Shown piece by piece: positions 1-10,166 of a stretch of 64,000 nucleotides of DNA (position 1 is the stretch's first letter; each line of letters opens with the position of its first letter). This DNA comes from a virus. Position numbers and translations under genes: made by a program. The notes beneath the pieces are model-generated. The model was not told where the DNA came from. It saw only the letters and a list, made by a program, of their open reading frames with translations, and ran no database searches. Location: the IMG/VR virus record IMGVR_UViG_3300041955_000884, positions 43,198 to 107,197 of that record, one strand, 5' to 3'.

Positions 1-1410
1 GGTCGCCGTCGCCATCTCGATACGGCTGCGGGTCTGCGCAAGCTTCGACAGCGTGATCGTGCGAAGCTCCGGGTCGCCAGCAGTGCGATTCAGTACGTCC
101 TGCTCGAGCTTCGACCAATCCGGCATGTGCCAGCCGGATGGCGCGGCTTGGCCCTCGCCGCCGCCCCCAACGCGGCGCAGCACGTCACCGACATAGCTGG
201 ACGTGGACTTCCCGGTTGGGTCCTTGAGGTCCTGCTTCCACGGCGTCGGGCTGCCGGCTGGGGCCACATTGTCTGGGCCCGAGAAGTAAGCTACGGCCAC
301 GCGCGCCGGGTCGCCATCGTAGCGCTTCGTATAGTCGGCGGCAATGCGGGCGCCAACGATGGCGTTGTCCGTCGGGTCGTCGATGCGCTCGCCGGGCTTC
401 GCATATTGCTGGAACGTCGCCGGCTGGATTTGGTGGCCGCCGGTTGCTCCGGTGACGCTCGTCCGCGCCGTCGCCGCGCCGCCGCTCTCCTGGCTCCACA
501 GCGCCTTGTCCATCTGGTCGGCGGACACCGGAGGGCCGGTCCAGGTCGTGCCGCCCTCTGTGTAGCCGAGGCCCCGCATGGATTGGCCGAGGGCGGCATC
601 GCCCTCGGCATCCTTCACTGCGGGATGCAGCATTCGCGCGATGGCGTCCGCCGAATTGGCGTCGAGCTGGCCGCGAACGCTATTGTAGAGCGTCAGAGCG
701 GCCTGCGCGCCCCCGCCTTGCGCTTCCGGTGCCAGCATTTTCGCTTGGATGATCTGTGACCAATATTTGCCGAGCTCGGCAGAGACATCAGCCTGGGCCT
801 CCTCGGTTGTCTTGTTCAACCGGAGCGCGTTCATCTCGGCGTGGGCACGCACCTGTAGAGCGTTCTTAGCGAGAAGCACGCCGTCATTCTGCATGAATAC
901 GGATTGGTCGGTGATGTTCTTGTTCGCCGCAGTGTTGGTCTCAATATATGAGCGGTCGAGTTCGGTCGCCGCATGAACGCTGGCGCTCGTCTCGATACGC
1001 TGCCGCAGGAAGCGGGCGTTCTGCATGTAGGCGTTCTGCGTCGCGATGCCGCCGCCGATTTGTTTCGCGCCCGCGTCGATGGTGTCCTGCACGTCCTTGA
1101 TGAACGGGTCGTATCCCTCGTGGGCGGCTTGGCCCTTCAGCGACAGGTAGGCAGCGTACTTCTTGTCGATGGCGGGCCCGACTTGGTTGAACAGCACGCT
1201 CTGCAGGTTGCGGGTGTTGATGTCGTCCTGCATCTGCACGGCGACTTGCGCCAGTTTCCCGCCGGCTTGCTCCTCCGCGCCTCCGAGCTTCTCCTCTGCG
1301 GCGCCAATGCCGCCACCGAACATCGCCGGAGTGACGTTCTCCGAGATGTAGGGCGTCCCCTGGGTAGTCGGGGCAACGTCCGGGACGGGCGTGTACGGCG
1401 GCCGAGCCAC
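1..1410 (-). CDS. Internal virion (ejection) protein with lytic transglycosylase (SLT-like) domain; runs off the left edge
   Basis: Hand translation from GTG at 1410 (MARPPYTPVPDVAPT...) is open to position 1. SLT motifs SQESGG, GATGGHQIQPATF, AVAYFSGP. Lies downstream of the tail genes. Confidence 0.75.
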   Translation of the reverse strand, partial: MARPPYTPVPDVAPTTQGTPYISENVTPAMFGGGIGAAEEKLGGAEEQAGGKLAQVAVQMQDDINTRNLQSVLFNQVGPAIDKKYAAYLSLKGQAAHEGYDPFIKDVQDTIDAGAKQIGGGIATQNAYMQNARFLRQRIETSASVHAATELDRSYIETNTAANKNITDQSVFMQNDGVLLAKNALQVRAHAEMNALRLNKTTEEAQADVSAELGKYWSQIIQAKMLAPEAQGGGAQAALTLYNSVRGQLDANSADAIARMLHPAVKDAEGDAALGQSMRGLGYTEGGTTWTGPPVSADQMDKALWSQESGGAATARTSVTGATGGHQIQPATFQQYAKPGERIDDPTDNAIVGARIAADYTKRYDGDPARVAVAYFSGPDNVAPAGSPTPWKQDLKDPTGKSTSSYVGDVLRRVGGGGEGQAAPSGWHMPDWSKLEQDVLNRTAGDPELRTITLSKLAQTRSRIEMATAT

Positions 1411-2046
1411 TTACGGTGCGCCCATGATTCCAGCGCCGGAGAAGTCCTGCGCCGGACCGCCGTTAACACGTTGCCATTGGGCGTACTGAGAGCTGACGCC
1501 GGCCGCACCACTCAAGAGCGATGCCGCAGCACCAAGTGCGCCGGTCGTCGGCGCCTGTGCCGCCTCGGCCTCGTACGCCTGCTGCTGCCCGGTGAACTGA
1601 AGCTGCTGCGTCTGGTAGCCGTAGGCGGTTTTTGCCGCGTTGCTTCGGATAGTCAGCGCGTTGAGTTCACCCAGCTCGGCAGCGCTGGAACGCACATCGA
1701 GGGCCGACCCGGTGTTCACGTCGATGTTGCTGGCCGCCTGGGCGGCCTTGATGGCACCGACTTGCCCTTTCGTCTTCAAGCCAGCTTGCTCGACTTGCGC
1801 TTCCCCAGCGGCTCCCGCAAGAGCCGCGTTCTGGCTCGCGAGCGTAGCGTTCTGGGCCGCCACCTGGGCTTGGTAGCTGGCCATCGCGCCAGTGGCTGCT
1901 GCGGAGCGTTCAGCGCCGATGGCGCCGGTGACGCCGCCAAGCGCGGAGGCTGCCATTCCGACGTCAGCGAGAATGCTGGTCGCGCCAATACCGGAGCCGG
2001 CGGCCGACGCTGCGGCAAGAGCAGCGGGAATGCTAGCTGTGGCCAA
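1411..2046 (-). CDS. Small Ala/Gln-rich internal virion protein (T7 gp14-like ejection protein)
   Basis: AAQAASNIDVNTGSALDV motif; position after the tail tubular B and acetyltransferase genes; TTG start after GGGAGG. Confidence 0.65.
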   Translation of the reverse strand: MATASIPAALAAASAAGSGIGATSILADVGMAASALGGVTGAIGAERSAAATGAMASYQAQVAAQNATLASQNAALAGAAGEAQVEQAGLKTKGQVGAIKAAQAASNIDVNTGSALDVRSSAAELGELNALTIRSNAAKTAYGYQTQQLQFTGQQQAYEAEAAQAPTTGALGAAASLLSGAAGVSSQYAQWQRVNGGPAQDFSGAGIMGAP

Positions 2047-2665
2047 CGGCCGCCTCCCTGCCAATCAATCCGGCACGCGCAAGGCGCCAGAGTTCGGCCT
2101 TCGCCGCCGCCTTGAAGCGGTCAACAGCCTCCTTATGCCGCTGATAGTAAAGGATGAACGATGTGATGTCCTTCTGGACATTGCGCTGCCGCATGTTCTC
2201 CCAGCGGTCCTTCGGCAGCTTGAGCGGCAAGCAGTGCTCAAAAACGGCGGCGCAGGCATCCCTGCGGTCGAGGTCGGCGTAGTCCACCACGAGCACGCCC
2301 GGCTGCACGGCGAGTTCGTCCAGCGCGCGGCGCTGGCGCTGCATCAGCGCTCGCAGCGTCGGTTCATCGTACGTCGCCACGCCACGGAGGTCGGCGCGCA
2401 TCATCGAAGCCACGACGTCGTCCACGGGCCGGCGAACCACCACGCGCTGCAGCTCAGGGACGTGGTAGCCGAACAGCCGCCAGCCCAGCGCGCACGCGGT
2501 TTCCGCCACGCCGGTCCGCGGCAGCCGCAGGAACCACGCCATCTGCTCGATGGAGCGTGCCCGAATGGCCGTCTCGTGGTGGCACTGCCAGCCGCCGTAC
2601 GTCAGGAAGGCCGACAGCCAAGCCGTCCGGGAACGCGGCAGGGCGAATATCATGAACGGCGCCAT
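2033..2665 (-). CDS. Sulfotransferase-like/P-loop-like phage protein
   Basis: N-terminal IFALPRSRTAWL and VVRRP motifs; overlaps both neighbouring genes. Confidence 0.5.
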   Translation of the reverse strand: MAPFMIFALPRSRTAWLSAFLTYGGWQCHHETAIRARSIEQMAWFLRLPRTGVAETACALGWRLFGYHVPELQRVVVRRPVDDVVASMMRADLRGVATYDEPTLRALMQRQRRALDELAVQPGVLVVDYADLDRRDACAAVFEHCLPLKLPKDRWENMRQRNVQKDITSFILYYQRHKEAVDRFKAAAKAELWRLARAGLIGREAAVGHS

Positions 2666-3123
2666 CAGTGCCTTACCATTCGATATTCCCGGAATAACGT
2701 GCGACTCGGACCGAATGCAAATGGTTCGCCAACCGTGAAGCCGAGCACCTCCAGGAGGCGGACGGCCTTGTGGTAGTCTGCCGAGACGCGGCCGCGAAGT
2801 TCGGGGAAGATCGTCAGCATCACCCGCACCGCGCTGCGGGCCTCGGCCAGGAAGGCGATCTTCGCCCGCTCAATCGGTGGAGCGGTGAGCAGCCAAAGCT
2901 CGCCGACGCGGCCGAGCGGGCAGCCGCCAACGCCGCCGACCGCCGCGATCTCGCCATCCACCACCATCGTGCTGGCCAGCACCGAGTTCCGCCAGGAGCG
3001 CCACAGCGCCCGCCGTGGGCTGATGCCAGCCGCCTCTATCTCCGCAGCGTCGCCGACACGGAGGCGGTCGGCGAGGGCCGAGATGTCGCAGGCGAGCGTG
3101 GGGCGGATGGCGTAGGAAGCCAT
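2665..3123 (-). CDS. GNAT-like protein (T7 gp13-like virion assembly acetyltransferase)
   Basis: LRxxDxxEI motif and C-terminal AVRLLEVLGF; typical position after the nozzle gene. Confidence 0.65.
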   Translation of the reverse strand: MASYAIRPTLACDISALADRLRVGDAAEIEAAGISPRRALWRSWRNSVLASTMVVDGEIAAVGGVGGCPLGRVGELWLLTAPPIERAKIAFLAEARSAVRVMLTIFPELRGRVSADYHKAVRLLEVLGFTVGEPFAFGPSRTLFREYRMVRH

Positions 3124-3815
3124 CAATCGGCTGCCAGTTTCAAGACCGCAGCCCCTTGCCTGTCTCTCCTGTCGAGGACGCGCCGGAACACATCGAGGAC
3201 GAGGTCGTCCCCGTAGTTCGCGAGCGCTCTGTTCAGAATCCAAATGACCAGGCGGCAGTTGCTCTGCGTGTACGGACCGCCGGGATTGATGCGGTCGATT
3301 GAGGGAGAGAACGGCGACCACCGGCCTTCTCGGCGGAATTCGAGGCCAGACATTTCACAGGTCCCACGCGCAAGACGTTCGTTCATCCACGCTTCGGTGA
3401 GGTCACAGTCTATTCCGGCCTTCCGCGAGCGCTTCTGGACAGCGCGTAGGATATTCCTGCCCCAGTGACGGCTGTAGCTGCGGTTGCAGATGCGCTTGAA
3501 AAAATCTGGATCCTCGGCCAGCTTCTTGGCCTCGTACGCCTCCCGCTTAGCCTTTCCTTCTGGTGATGCGTTCCGGGCGCGCGCGTACTCTGCTCGCTCT
3601 TCCTTGTGCTGGGCCGCCCACTTTCGATTCCTCTCTCGAATCGCATCTGCATTCTTCTCGCGGCTTCGCTTGCTGTACTCCCGCGTCCTCTCGGGACGCT
3701 CGCGCGCCCAGCGGGCGTTTGACTCGCGGCGCTTGTTCCCAGGCTCATGATAAAGCTCGCGGCGGCGCGCTTTCTGAGCTTCCGTGCGCGGTCGGCTAAT
3801 TCGCGGAGTCGCCAT
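3123..3815 (-). CDS. HNH-like homing endonuclease
   Basis: CEMSG...SPSIDRINPGGPYTQSNCRLV; basic helical N-terminus. Confidence 0.75.
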   Translation of the reverse strand: MATPRISRPRTEAQKARRRELYHEPGNKRRESNARWARERPERTREYSKRSREKNADAIRERNRKWAAQHKEERAEYARARNASPEGKAKREAYEAKKLAEDPDFFKRICNRSYSRHWGRNILRAVQKRSRKAGIDCDLTEAWMNERLARGTCEMSGLEFRREGRWSPFSPSIDRINPGGPYTQSNCRLVIWILNRALANYGDDLVLDVFRRVLDRRDRQGAAVLKLAAD

Positions 3816-3819
3816 TCTG

Positions 3820-6800
3820 TTACTCGCTGTCAACGTCGTCCCCGAGCCTAATCGAGGTCACAATCGAAAGCAAGTTCAAGGGGATAGGGGCGGTCTGTTG
3901 GACGGCGATCTGACCACCCGGCTGATTCCAGGCATCAACGACATCACTAAAAACGTCTCCGCTAAAAAGTTCGAAGGGTTGCTGCGGGCTGAGGCTGTTC
4001 GGCGGCTGCTGGAGGCCGGAGAGGTTGGTCCAGGGCACGTTCACTTGGCCCGGCTGCGTCGCGGCATCTGGCTGGTTGGCGCCAATCTCGAACGGGAAGC
4101 CGCTGCCGGCCAGCCGCACCACGGCGCTGTCGATGAGCTTGCGGCGCCCCTGGACGGTCGCCGGGCCTGGGATGTCGAGATAGAGCGTCTGGAGCTGGCA
4201 GGTGAAGCCGAGGCCGACGACAACCTGCGAGGCTGGCTGCGGCAGACTCACAGTGCCGTTCACCACCTTCTGCGGCGCTACCACTACGCCATCAGCAAGG
4301 ATGGAGACCTGATTTCCCTCGAGGTGATTGAGGCCATAGACCGTCAGCACCGGGGCAGTGATGGTCCAGCCGCCAGCTCCTACGGGCACGGCGGTGTTCA
4401 GCGGGTCGTTCGGGATGGACGGCGCGGCGTCGCGCGTCACCTCGGCGATGAGGGTGGTCGAGTTCACGAACTGCTGCACGGTCATCGTCCGGCCGTTCAT
4501 GCGGATGACATCGCCCGGTTCGCCCTGGCCTGGGGCGTTGGCGAAGACGGGCGCGGAGGCGGTCACTGTCGTCAACGGCACCGAGTAGATTTCCACCGCG
4601 GCGTTCCCGCCCGCCCCCGTCGGGTCGATGATGTTGAACGCCGGGGTCGAGTAGCCGTTGATGTTCCCCCCGATGGCCGCCGTGGTGACGATTCCGCCGC
4701 TCACGGTCACGGCCGCGATGCACCCGGAGCCAGTGCCGCTGGTGTCCAGCACTTCCGCGTAGGTTCCGGCCGAGTAGTTGGATCCTCCGTAAAGCACATG
4801 CCCAGGCTGGCCGCCCAACTGAAGCGTGAGAACGCCGGAAGCCGAGGACACCGTGAGCGTGGCATTCGGCGAGTTCTGCGGCAGCGACAGCCCGGCGTCC
4901 ACGCACCATGCGTCCTCCTGGTCGAGCCAAAGGCGGTTGTCCATGCGCTCCTGGAAGTAAGCCCACACCGGGTTGCCGTTGTTCTGGATGAGCCGCTGGA
5001 CGATGAAGTAAGGGGCGTTCACCGGCGGCTCGGACACCACGGCAACGGACTGGAACAACCCGTTGGTGTCATGGCGCGTCCAGGCATAAACGTCCTGTTC
5101 CTTGAGGTACGTCAGGCAGAGCAGGGTGCCGTCGTTTCTGACAGCCCAGATGAGCTTGTTCGGCTCCTCCGCCCAGCCCCACTGCACGATGGTGAAGCCG
5201 TCGAACAGATGGTTCGACAGCACCGTCATGTCCGTGCCGGTGTAGATGTTGACGAAGAAGTTGTAGCTCAAGTCTCTGACGATGCTGCCCTTTTCCTGGA
5301 CGTAGATGATGTCGTAGTTGATGGGAATCGGGGGCACCGTCGGCGAGCAGCCGTTGTACGCCTGCGGGTTCGCCACCTGGTCGGCCGGGGTAATCGCAGC
5401 AGAGGTCGCCAACCCGGAGCCGGCGCCGGACACCTGCCACGCGCCGAGGCCAGTGAAGATGACGAGGCCGCCCGGCATGTTCAGCATCCACAACACGCCG
5501 TTGACCTGCTGGCTCCAGGGCGTGCCGATGATGGCGTCGGAATCCACCACGGGGTCCGACACGTCCATGTTCGTGAACGCGCCCGGCTGGCTCATGTAGT
5601 AGGTTTCGGGGTTGTTCAGCGTGGCGGCATAGACGCGCCGCTGCTGGAAATAGGAGACGACGGACGGGAACGTGCCCGTCGCCGGCCCAATGCTGGTCGT
5701 CGCCGAGGCCCCGCTTCCCGAGCCGGTCCCGTCGCTGATGACGACGGCCTCGCCGCCCGTGTAGCCGGCGCCTGCGGTGTCAACGACAATCCACGCAATC
5801 TCACCGAACAGCGCGCCCCCGACGCCGATCACAACGGGCGTGAGGGCGGCATTCTGGCCGATGGGGCTTGTCACTGTTGCTGTCGTCGCCGTGATGCTGT
5901 AGCTCGCATTGCCCGTTGAGGTCACCGCCACCGCCGTCACCGAGGACGTGGCGAATGGGTTGCTGTGCAGCGGCGGTCCCGTCGAGAAGTCCGGCGTCAC
6001 GTTGGTGTCGGCGAAGGAAGGCCCGAAGGCGGTCCCGATGTAACCGAACAGGATGCCGGCCGACGGCGGCGCACCGTAGGTCGCCGGCCCACCATAGAAG
6101 TTGTAGGAACCGGCATTCGCCACCGTGGCGAGGTTCACCGTGATGGTGCCGGCCTGCGTCGAGATGTCCACCGACGCCGCGATGGCCACCGGGGAGGCAA
6201 TGCTTTCCTCCCCCGTCGAGGCATCAATCGCCGTGCCGCAGAAGGAGTAGTAGAAACTCGGCGTCCCCGCCGACGTGTTCACCACGTAGCTGATGGAGGC
6301 CGGCGGCCCGATGGAGGCCACGAACGAAGTCGTCGTCAGCGTCCAGTTCGAGTCCGTGATGCGGGCGAGGTCCATCGGCGGGTATTCGGCCTGCGTCGCC
6401 TGGTTAACGCACGTCAGGGACATTACGTCCGCAGACTGAGCCCACTTCAGGTCGGGAAGGTCCGCAGCCGCGTAGGGCGTGGCGAGCGTGTAGATGCGCT
6501 CGGCTGTCCCGCCCGAGGTGTATGGGCCTTGACCGAGCGTGCTCACCGTCGTCCCGTCGAGCACGTCAACGAGGGTGAACGTGTTCGTCGTCGTGTTCGA
6601 CACCTCGAAGGAGCGGTTGTTGAGCTGCGGAATCCCGCCGATGCCCTGAAGGAACACCTCGTCGCCATTCACGTAGCCGTGGGCAACGTCGGTCACCACC
6701 GACGGGCTGGCCGACGTCACGTTGGTGATGGTCGAAGCGCTCTCGGTGACATAGCCGCCGTTGATGACGAAGCGGAAATAGTTGTCGCCGGCCTCGATGA

Positions 6801-7056
6801 CGATGCCCTGAGTAACACTGAAGTTGAAACTGATGTCGCGCGGCGGCGCAACAGTCAAGGCCGCGCCTTTATTGCCCTGCTTACACTGGCCGACGTAGAG
6901 TGTTCCTGCGCGAGACAGGGCGCCGCCGCGATATGACGCGAAAAAATTTCGCAGCGTGGAACAACCATGAGCGTACTTGGCAAGGTCCGTGCGCCCGTAG
7001 AGCTGGGGCGAGAGCTCGCCGGCATTCAGCGCAGAGCGGAGAGTGGGGAGGCTCAC
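3820..7056 (-). CDS. Tail tubular protein B (nozzle)
   Basis: 1078 aa; AGELSPQLYGRTDL N-terminus, WAQSADVM, FPSVVSYFQQR and AWTRHDTNG motifs. Confidence 0.9.
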   Translation of the reverse strand: MSLPTLRSALNAGELSPQLYGRTDLAKYAHGCSTLRNFFASYRGGALSRAGTLYVGQCKQGNKGAALTVAPPRDISFNFSVTQGIVIEAGDNYFRFVINGGYVTESASTITNVTSASPSVVTDVAHGYVNGDEVFLQGIGGIPQLNNRSFEVSNTTTNTFTLVDVLDGTTVSTLGQGPYTSGGTAERIYTLATPYAAADLPDLKWAQSADVMSLTCVNQATQAEYPPMDLARITDSNWTLTTTSFVASIGPPASISYVVNTSAGTPSFYYSFCGTAIDASTGEESIASPVAIAASVDISTQAGTITVNLATVANAGSYNFYGGPATYGAPPSAGILFGYIGTAFGPSFADTNVTPDFSTGPPLHSNPFATSSVTAVAVTSTGNASYSITATTATVTSPIGQNAALTPVVIGVGGALFGEIAWIVVDTAGAGYTGGEAVVISDGTGSGSGASATTSIGPATGTFPSVVSYFQQRRVYAATLNNPETYYMSQPGAFTNMDVSDPVVDSDAIIGTPWSQQVNGVLWMLNMPGGLVIFTGLGAWQVSGAGSGLATSAAITPADQVANPQAYNGCSPTVPPIPINYDIIYVQEKGSIVRDLSYNFFVNIYTGTDMTVLSNHLFDGFTIVQWGWAEEPNKLIWAVRNDGTLLCLTYLKEQDVYAWTRHDTNGLFQSVAVVSEPPVNAPYFIVQRLIQNNGNPVWAYFQERMDNRLWLDQEDAWCVDAGLSLPQNSPNATLTVSSASGVLTLQLGGQPGHVLYGGSNYSAGTYAEVLDTSGTGSGCIAAVTVSGGIVTTAAIGGNINGYSTPAFNIIDPTGAGGNAAVEIYSVPLTTVTASAPVFANAPGQGEPGDVIRMNGRTMTVQQFVNSTTLIAEVTRDAAPSIPNDPLNTAVPVGAGGWTITAPVLTVYGLNHLEGNQVSILADGVVVAPQKVVNGTVSLPQPASQVVVGLGFTCQLQTLYLDIPGPATVQGRRKLIDSAVVRLAGSGFPFEIGANQPDAATQPGQVNVPWTNLSGLQQPPNSLSPQQPFELFSGDVFSDVVDAWNQPGGQIAVQQTAPIPLNLLSIVTSIRLGDDVDSE

Positions 7057-7061
7057 GCCGC

Positions 7062-7090
7062 TTGCCTCATCGTCGCGCTTCCGGCATAAA
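7062..7090 (+). promoter_or_regulatory. Sigma70-like promoter for the methyltransferase (leaderless)
   Basis: TTGCCT-N17-CATAAA, 7 nt before the ATG at 7098, no SD. Confidence 0.45.
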
Positions 7091-7097
7091 TCGCCGC

Positions 7098-8570
7098 ATG
7101 GCCGCTATCGAAATCATCCACGGCGATTGCCTCGCCATCCTGCCGACGCTGCCGGCGGACAGCTTCCACGCCATCGTGACCGACCCTCCCTACGGCTTGG
7201 AGTTTATGGGCCGGGCTTGGGATTCGTTCTCTGACGCGCCGCGCGCCGTGCCTGGAACCGGCGGCCGACAGGCGCCGTTTGCCGTCCACTCGACCGCGAA
7301 CTGGCAGACAGGCGCTGGCTTCTCCAAACCGGGCATCGGTGAGCGCGAGACGCCCTGGCCGTCCTTCACTGGCAGCAACGATGAGTTCGGTGGCGCAAAC
7401 CCGACATGCGCCACCTGCGGCGGCCGAGCGAGGGGCAAGCGGAAGTGTGCTTGTGCCGAACCTGATTGGCGCGTGAAGGGCGCGGCTCCCGACCGCAACT
7501 ACGGGCGACAGCGCCAGATGCAGAATTTCCAGGCGTTCAACGAGGCGTGGGCACGCGAAGGTCTGCGCGTCCTCAAGCCCGGCGCCCACATGCTCGCCTT
7601 CGGCGGCACGCGCACCTATCACCGGCTCGCCTGCGCCATCGAGGACGCCGGGTTCGAGATACGTGACGCGATCATGTGGCACTACGGCTCGGGCTTCCCG
7701 AAATCGCATGATGTCGAACGGTCGATTGCGAAATGCACATGCCAGATGCCGGGCCGGCATTTTGGTCGCGGTTTGCCGCCGCCAGATGAGCGGCAGCCCG
7801 AGGACCACATCTGCCATGTGACTCCGGAGTCGGAGCCGTGGGGCGCCTTCGGCACTGCGCTCAAGCCGGCGACCGAGATTATCTGCGTGGCGCGCAAGCC
7901 GCTCGTCGGCACAGTCGCGGCGAACGTGCTGGCGCACGGATGCGGGGCGTTGAATGTTGACGGGTGCCGCGTGCCAATCGACGCCGACGCCGACGCGTCG
8001 CAGCTCAGGACGATGCAGCGTGGCCAGCGCATTGACGATACCAACGGCCAGACGTGGGGCCTGTCGAAGCTCGCCGCCGACGAGCCGCAAGTGGTGCGCC
8101 CAGATGGCCGCTGGCCCGCCAACCTCATCCACGATGGCAGCGATGAAGTGCTGGCGCTGTTCCCCGAGAGCGACGGTTGCCAGCCGCACGCTGTGAACTC
8201 GCGGAACGAGCAATACGACGGCTGGGGCACAATCACCAACAAGCACGGCGAGACAATCGGATACGAGGGCGCCGGCTCCGCAGCGCGGTTCTTCTATACT
8301 GCCAAGGCCGACAAGCAGGACCGCCTCGGCTCGAAGCATCCCACCGTCAAGCCCGTGGACCTGATGCGCTACCTCGTCCGTCTCATCACGCCGCCCGGCG
8401 GCCGCGTCCTGGACCCATTTGCTGGCAGCGGCACCACTGGCATGGCCGCGCTCGCGGAGGGATTCGACTGCACGCTCATCGAGCGCGAGGCCGAGGCCGT
8501 CGCGGATTGCCGCCGCCGGGTCGCCCACGTTCGCGGGGATGACACGCCGCTGTTCGCTGGGCCGGAGTGA
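7098..8570 (+). CDS. DNA methyltransferase (N6-A/N4-C, beta class)
   Basis: IVTDPPY near the N-terminus; HPTVKP and LDPFAGSGTTG near the C-terminus. Confidence 0.9.
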   Translation: MAAIEIIHGDCLAILPTLPADSFHAIVTDPPYGLEFMGRAWDSFSDAPRAVPGTGGRQAPFAVHSTANWQTGAGFSKPGIGERETPWPSFTGSNDEFGGANPTCATCGGRARGKRKCACAEPDWRVKGAAPDRNYGRQRQMQNFQAFNEAWAREGLRVLKPGAHMLAFGGTRTYHRLACAIEDAGFEIRDAIMWHYGSGFPKSHDVERSIAKCTCQMPGRHFGRGLPPPDERQPEDHICHVTPESEPWGAFGTALKPATEIICVARKPLVGTVAANVLAHGCGALNVDGCRVPIDADADASQLRTMQRGQRIDDTNGQTWGLSKLAADEPQVVRPDGRWPANLIHDGSDEVLALFPESDGCQPHAVNSRNEQYDGWGTITNKHGETIGYEGAGSAARFFYTAKADKQDRLGSKHPTVKPVDLMRYLVRLITPPGGRVLDPFAGSGTTGMAALAEGFDCTLIEREAEAVADCRRRVAHVRGDDTPLFAGPE

Positions 8571-8578
8571 ATCTTTCA

Positions 8579-9373
8579 TCAGTACCGCAGACCGCAGGGA
8601 TACGTGACGCTGTCCCAGCCGCCGTAGCCGCCATATTGGCCCACCGGCCCGGCATTCCAGGCGTTGTTGTATCCGCTCGTGAAGCGCGCGCGCAGCCAGT
8701 CCGGCGAGTGGTCGATCGACGGAATCCCTTCCGCCCCGTTGGCGACGCGGGCTTGGTCGAGGATGGAGGAGCAGGTGGCGACTTGGGCGTTGTATTGGGC
8801 CTGGTTTCTGGCCAGCGCGTTGATGAAATAGGCAGCCAGGTAGGCGGTCTCGGCGTCGAGGAACAGTTTGTCCCAGGTATCTGGAATCATCGAAAGGTCG
8901 CGGGTATAGACGAGCTGAGCATTCGGTAGGTTGCACAGCAGCACGCGAATCGGATTATTGTTTGCATCTACGTCCGTCCCCGGAATGAACGGAATGCCAG
9001 TCGGCACCGGGGGCACGCGAGCGATGTTCGTCGGCGTGGTCGTCAGCGGAGTGCCTGGCGGTGCCACAGGGATGGTCGGCAGCACGAAGCGGGCCTTCAG
9101 ACAATCTGGTGGATACAAATAACTGAAGAGCCAAGGCTGTGGCGGCGGATTGCTGCTGGCGACGCCGTTGGTGATGGCCTCTTTCCAGACGGTGAGCGTG
9201 ATCTGCGCTCGTGCGAAGTCCCAATTAGCCGCCCTCAAAAGCGCTTGGGTTTTTGGCAAGTAGAACGTGCGGGCAATGATGGCCTGCGCGCTCGTGTCAT
9301 TCGTCAGGCTATTCACGAAAACGCGACTGCCTTGTTCCGCGAGCGCGACGTTTATTACGTCCGTTGGAGTCAC
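8579..9373 (-). CDS. Tail tubular protein A (head-tail adaptor)
   Basis: DVINVAL...LRAANWDFA...YLYPPDCLKAR motifs; position upstream of tubular B. Confidence 0.85.
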   Translation of the reverse strand: MTPTDVINVALAEQGSRVFVNSLTNDTSAQAIIARTFYLPKTQALLRAANWDFARAQITLTVWKEAITNGVASSNPPPQPWLFSYLYPPDCLKARFVLPTIPVAPPGTPLTTTPTNIARVPPVPTGIPFIPGTDVDANNNPIRVLLCNLPNAQLVYTRDLSMIPDTWDKLFLDAETAYLAAYFINALARNQAQYNAQVATCSSILDQARVANGAEGIPSIDHSPDWLRARFTSGYNNAWNAGPVGQYGGYGGWDSVTYPCGLRY

Positions 9374-10050
9374 GCAGCATTCTCCTTTCGCTTAGCGCGG
9401 TCGAGATACGCTGCCGCAGCACGCAGCAACTCGGCGTCATCGCGAAGAAGTCCGATTCCCGTGTTGCAGCCGCTGCACAGAATTCCTCTGTTCGCACCAG
9501 TCATGTGGTCGTGGTCAACGTGACACTGGCGAGTAGCGACCGAAAGCGGCTGCTGGCAAATCGCGCAGCAGCCCCCTTGTTCGGCGAGCCACGCCGCGAT
9601 TTCGTGCACGCTCATGCCGTACCTGCGCTTACGCGCTGAATCAACCGAGCGCTTGCTCGCCAAGGCGCGGTTGTCGCCCTTATCGCGCCAGCGTGTCATC
9701 GCCTCTCTGTTGCAATCCTTGCAGCGATAGGCGTAGCCAGTCGGAGACTCGGTCAGGCGAGGGAAATCTGACAAGGCCTTCTCGACACGACATACGGTGC
9801 AGACCCGCCGTCCTGTGCGAAAGAGCGCGTGGGCGGCGGCCCTTTTTGCTACGTTCTCCGGCTTTGCTCGGCTTATTCGAGGCTGCCCAGCGCGCCACAT
9901 GCGCATGCACTCGGCTACGCATGCCTTGCACCGCGACGAGTGCCCGAGCGCGCCGTCCTTGGCCGGCGAAAATTCTGTCAACGATCTCCAGACACCGCAG
10001 CGCGAGCAGGCGCGCTTGCCGTCAACGAGAACGACGAATGGCCTCGCCAT
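9370..10050 (-). CDS. Endonuclease VII-domain homing endonuclease
   Basis: QGGCCAIC...HVDHDHMTGANRGILCSGCNTGIG; two CxxC repeat domains. Confidence 0.85.
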   Translation of the reverse strand: MARPFVVLVDGKRACSRCGVWRSLTEFSPAKDGALGHSSRCKACVAECMRMWRAGQPRISRAKPENVAKRAAAHALFRTGRRVCTVCRVEKALSDFPRLTESPTGYAYRCKDCNREAMTRWRDKGDNRALASKRSVDSARKRRYGMSVHEIAAWLAEQGGCCAICQQPLSVATRQCHVDHDHMTGANRGILCSGCNTGIGLLRDDAELLRAAAAYLDRAKRKENAA

Positions 10051-10166
10051 GGTCGGACGCTCCGAGATGAATGTGAGCGTCATTATAGCGCACAAGCCAT
10101 TGAAACGCCATCGCTTTCAGCCCTGCGCGGGCGCTGGACCGCTGCCGGTATCTGTCCGCAGCGCCA

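Noticed and set aside
3784-6936. Long plus-strand ORFs (711 aa, 323 aa) and similar ones opposite the portal, terL and DegT genes
   Set aside because: They are antisense shadows of genuine genes, with Arg/Gly-rich composition and no motifs.
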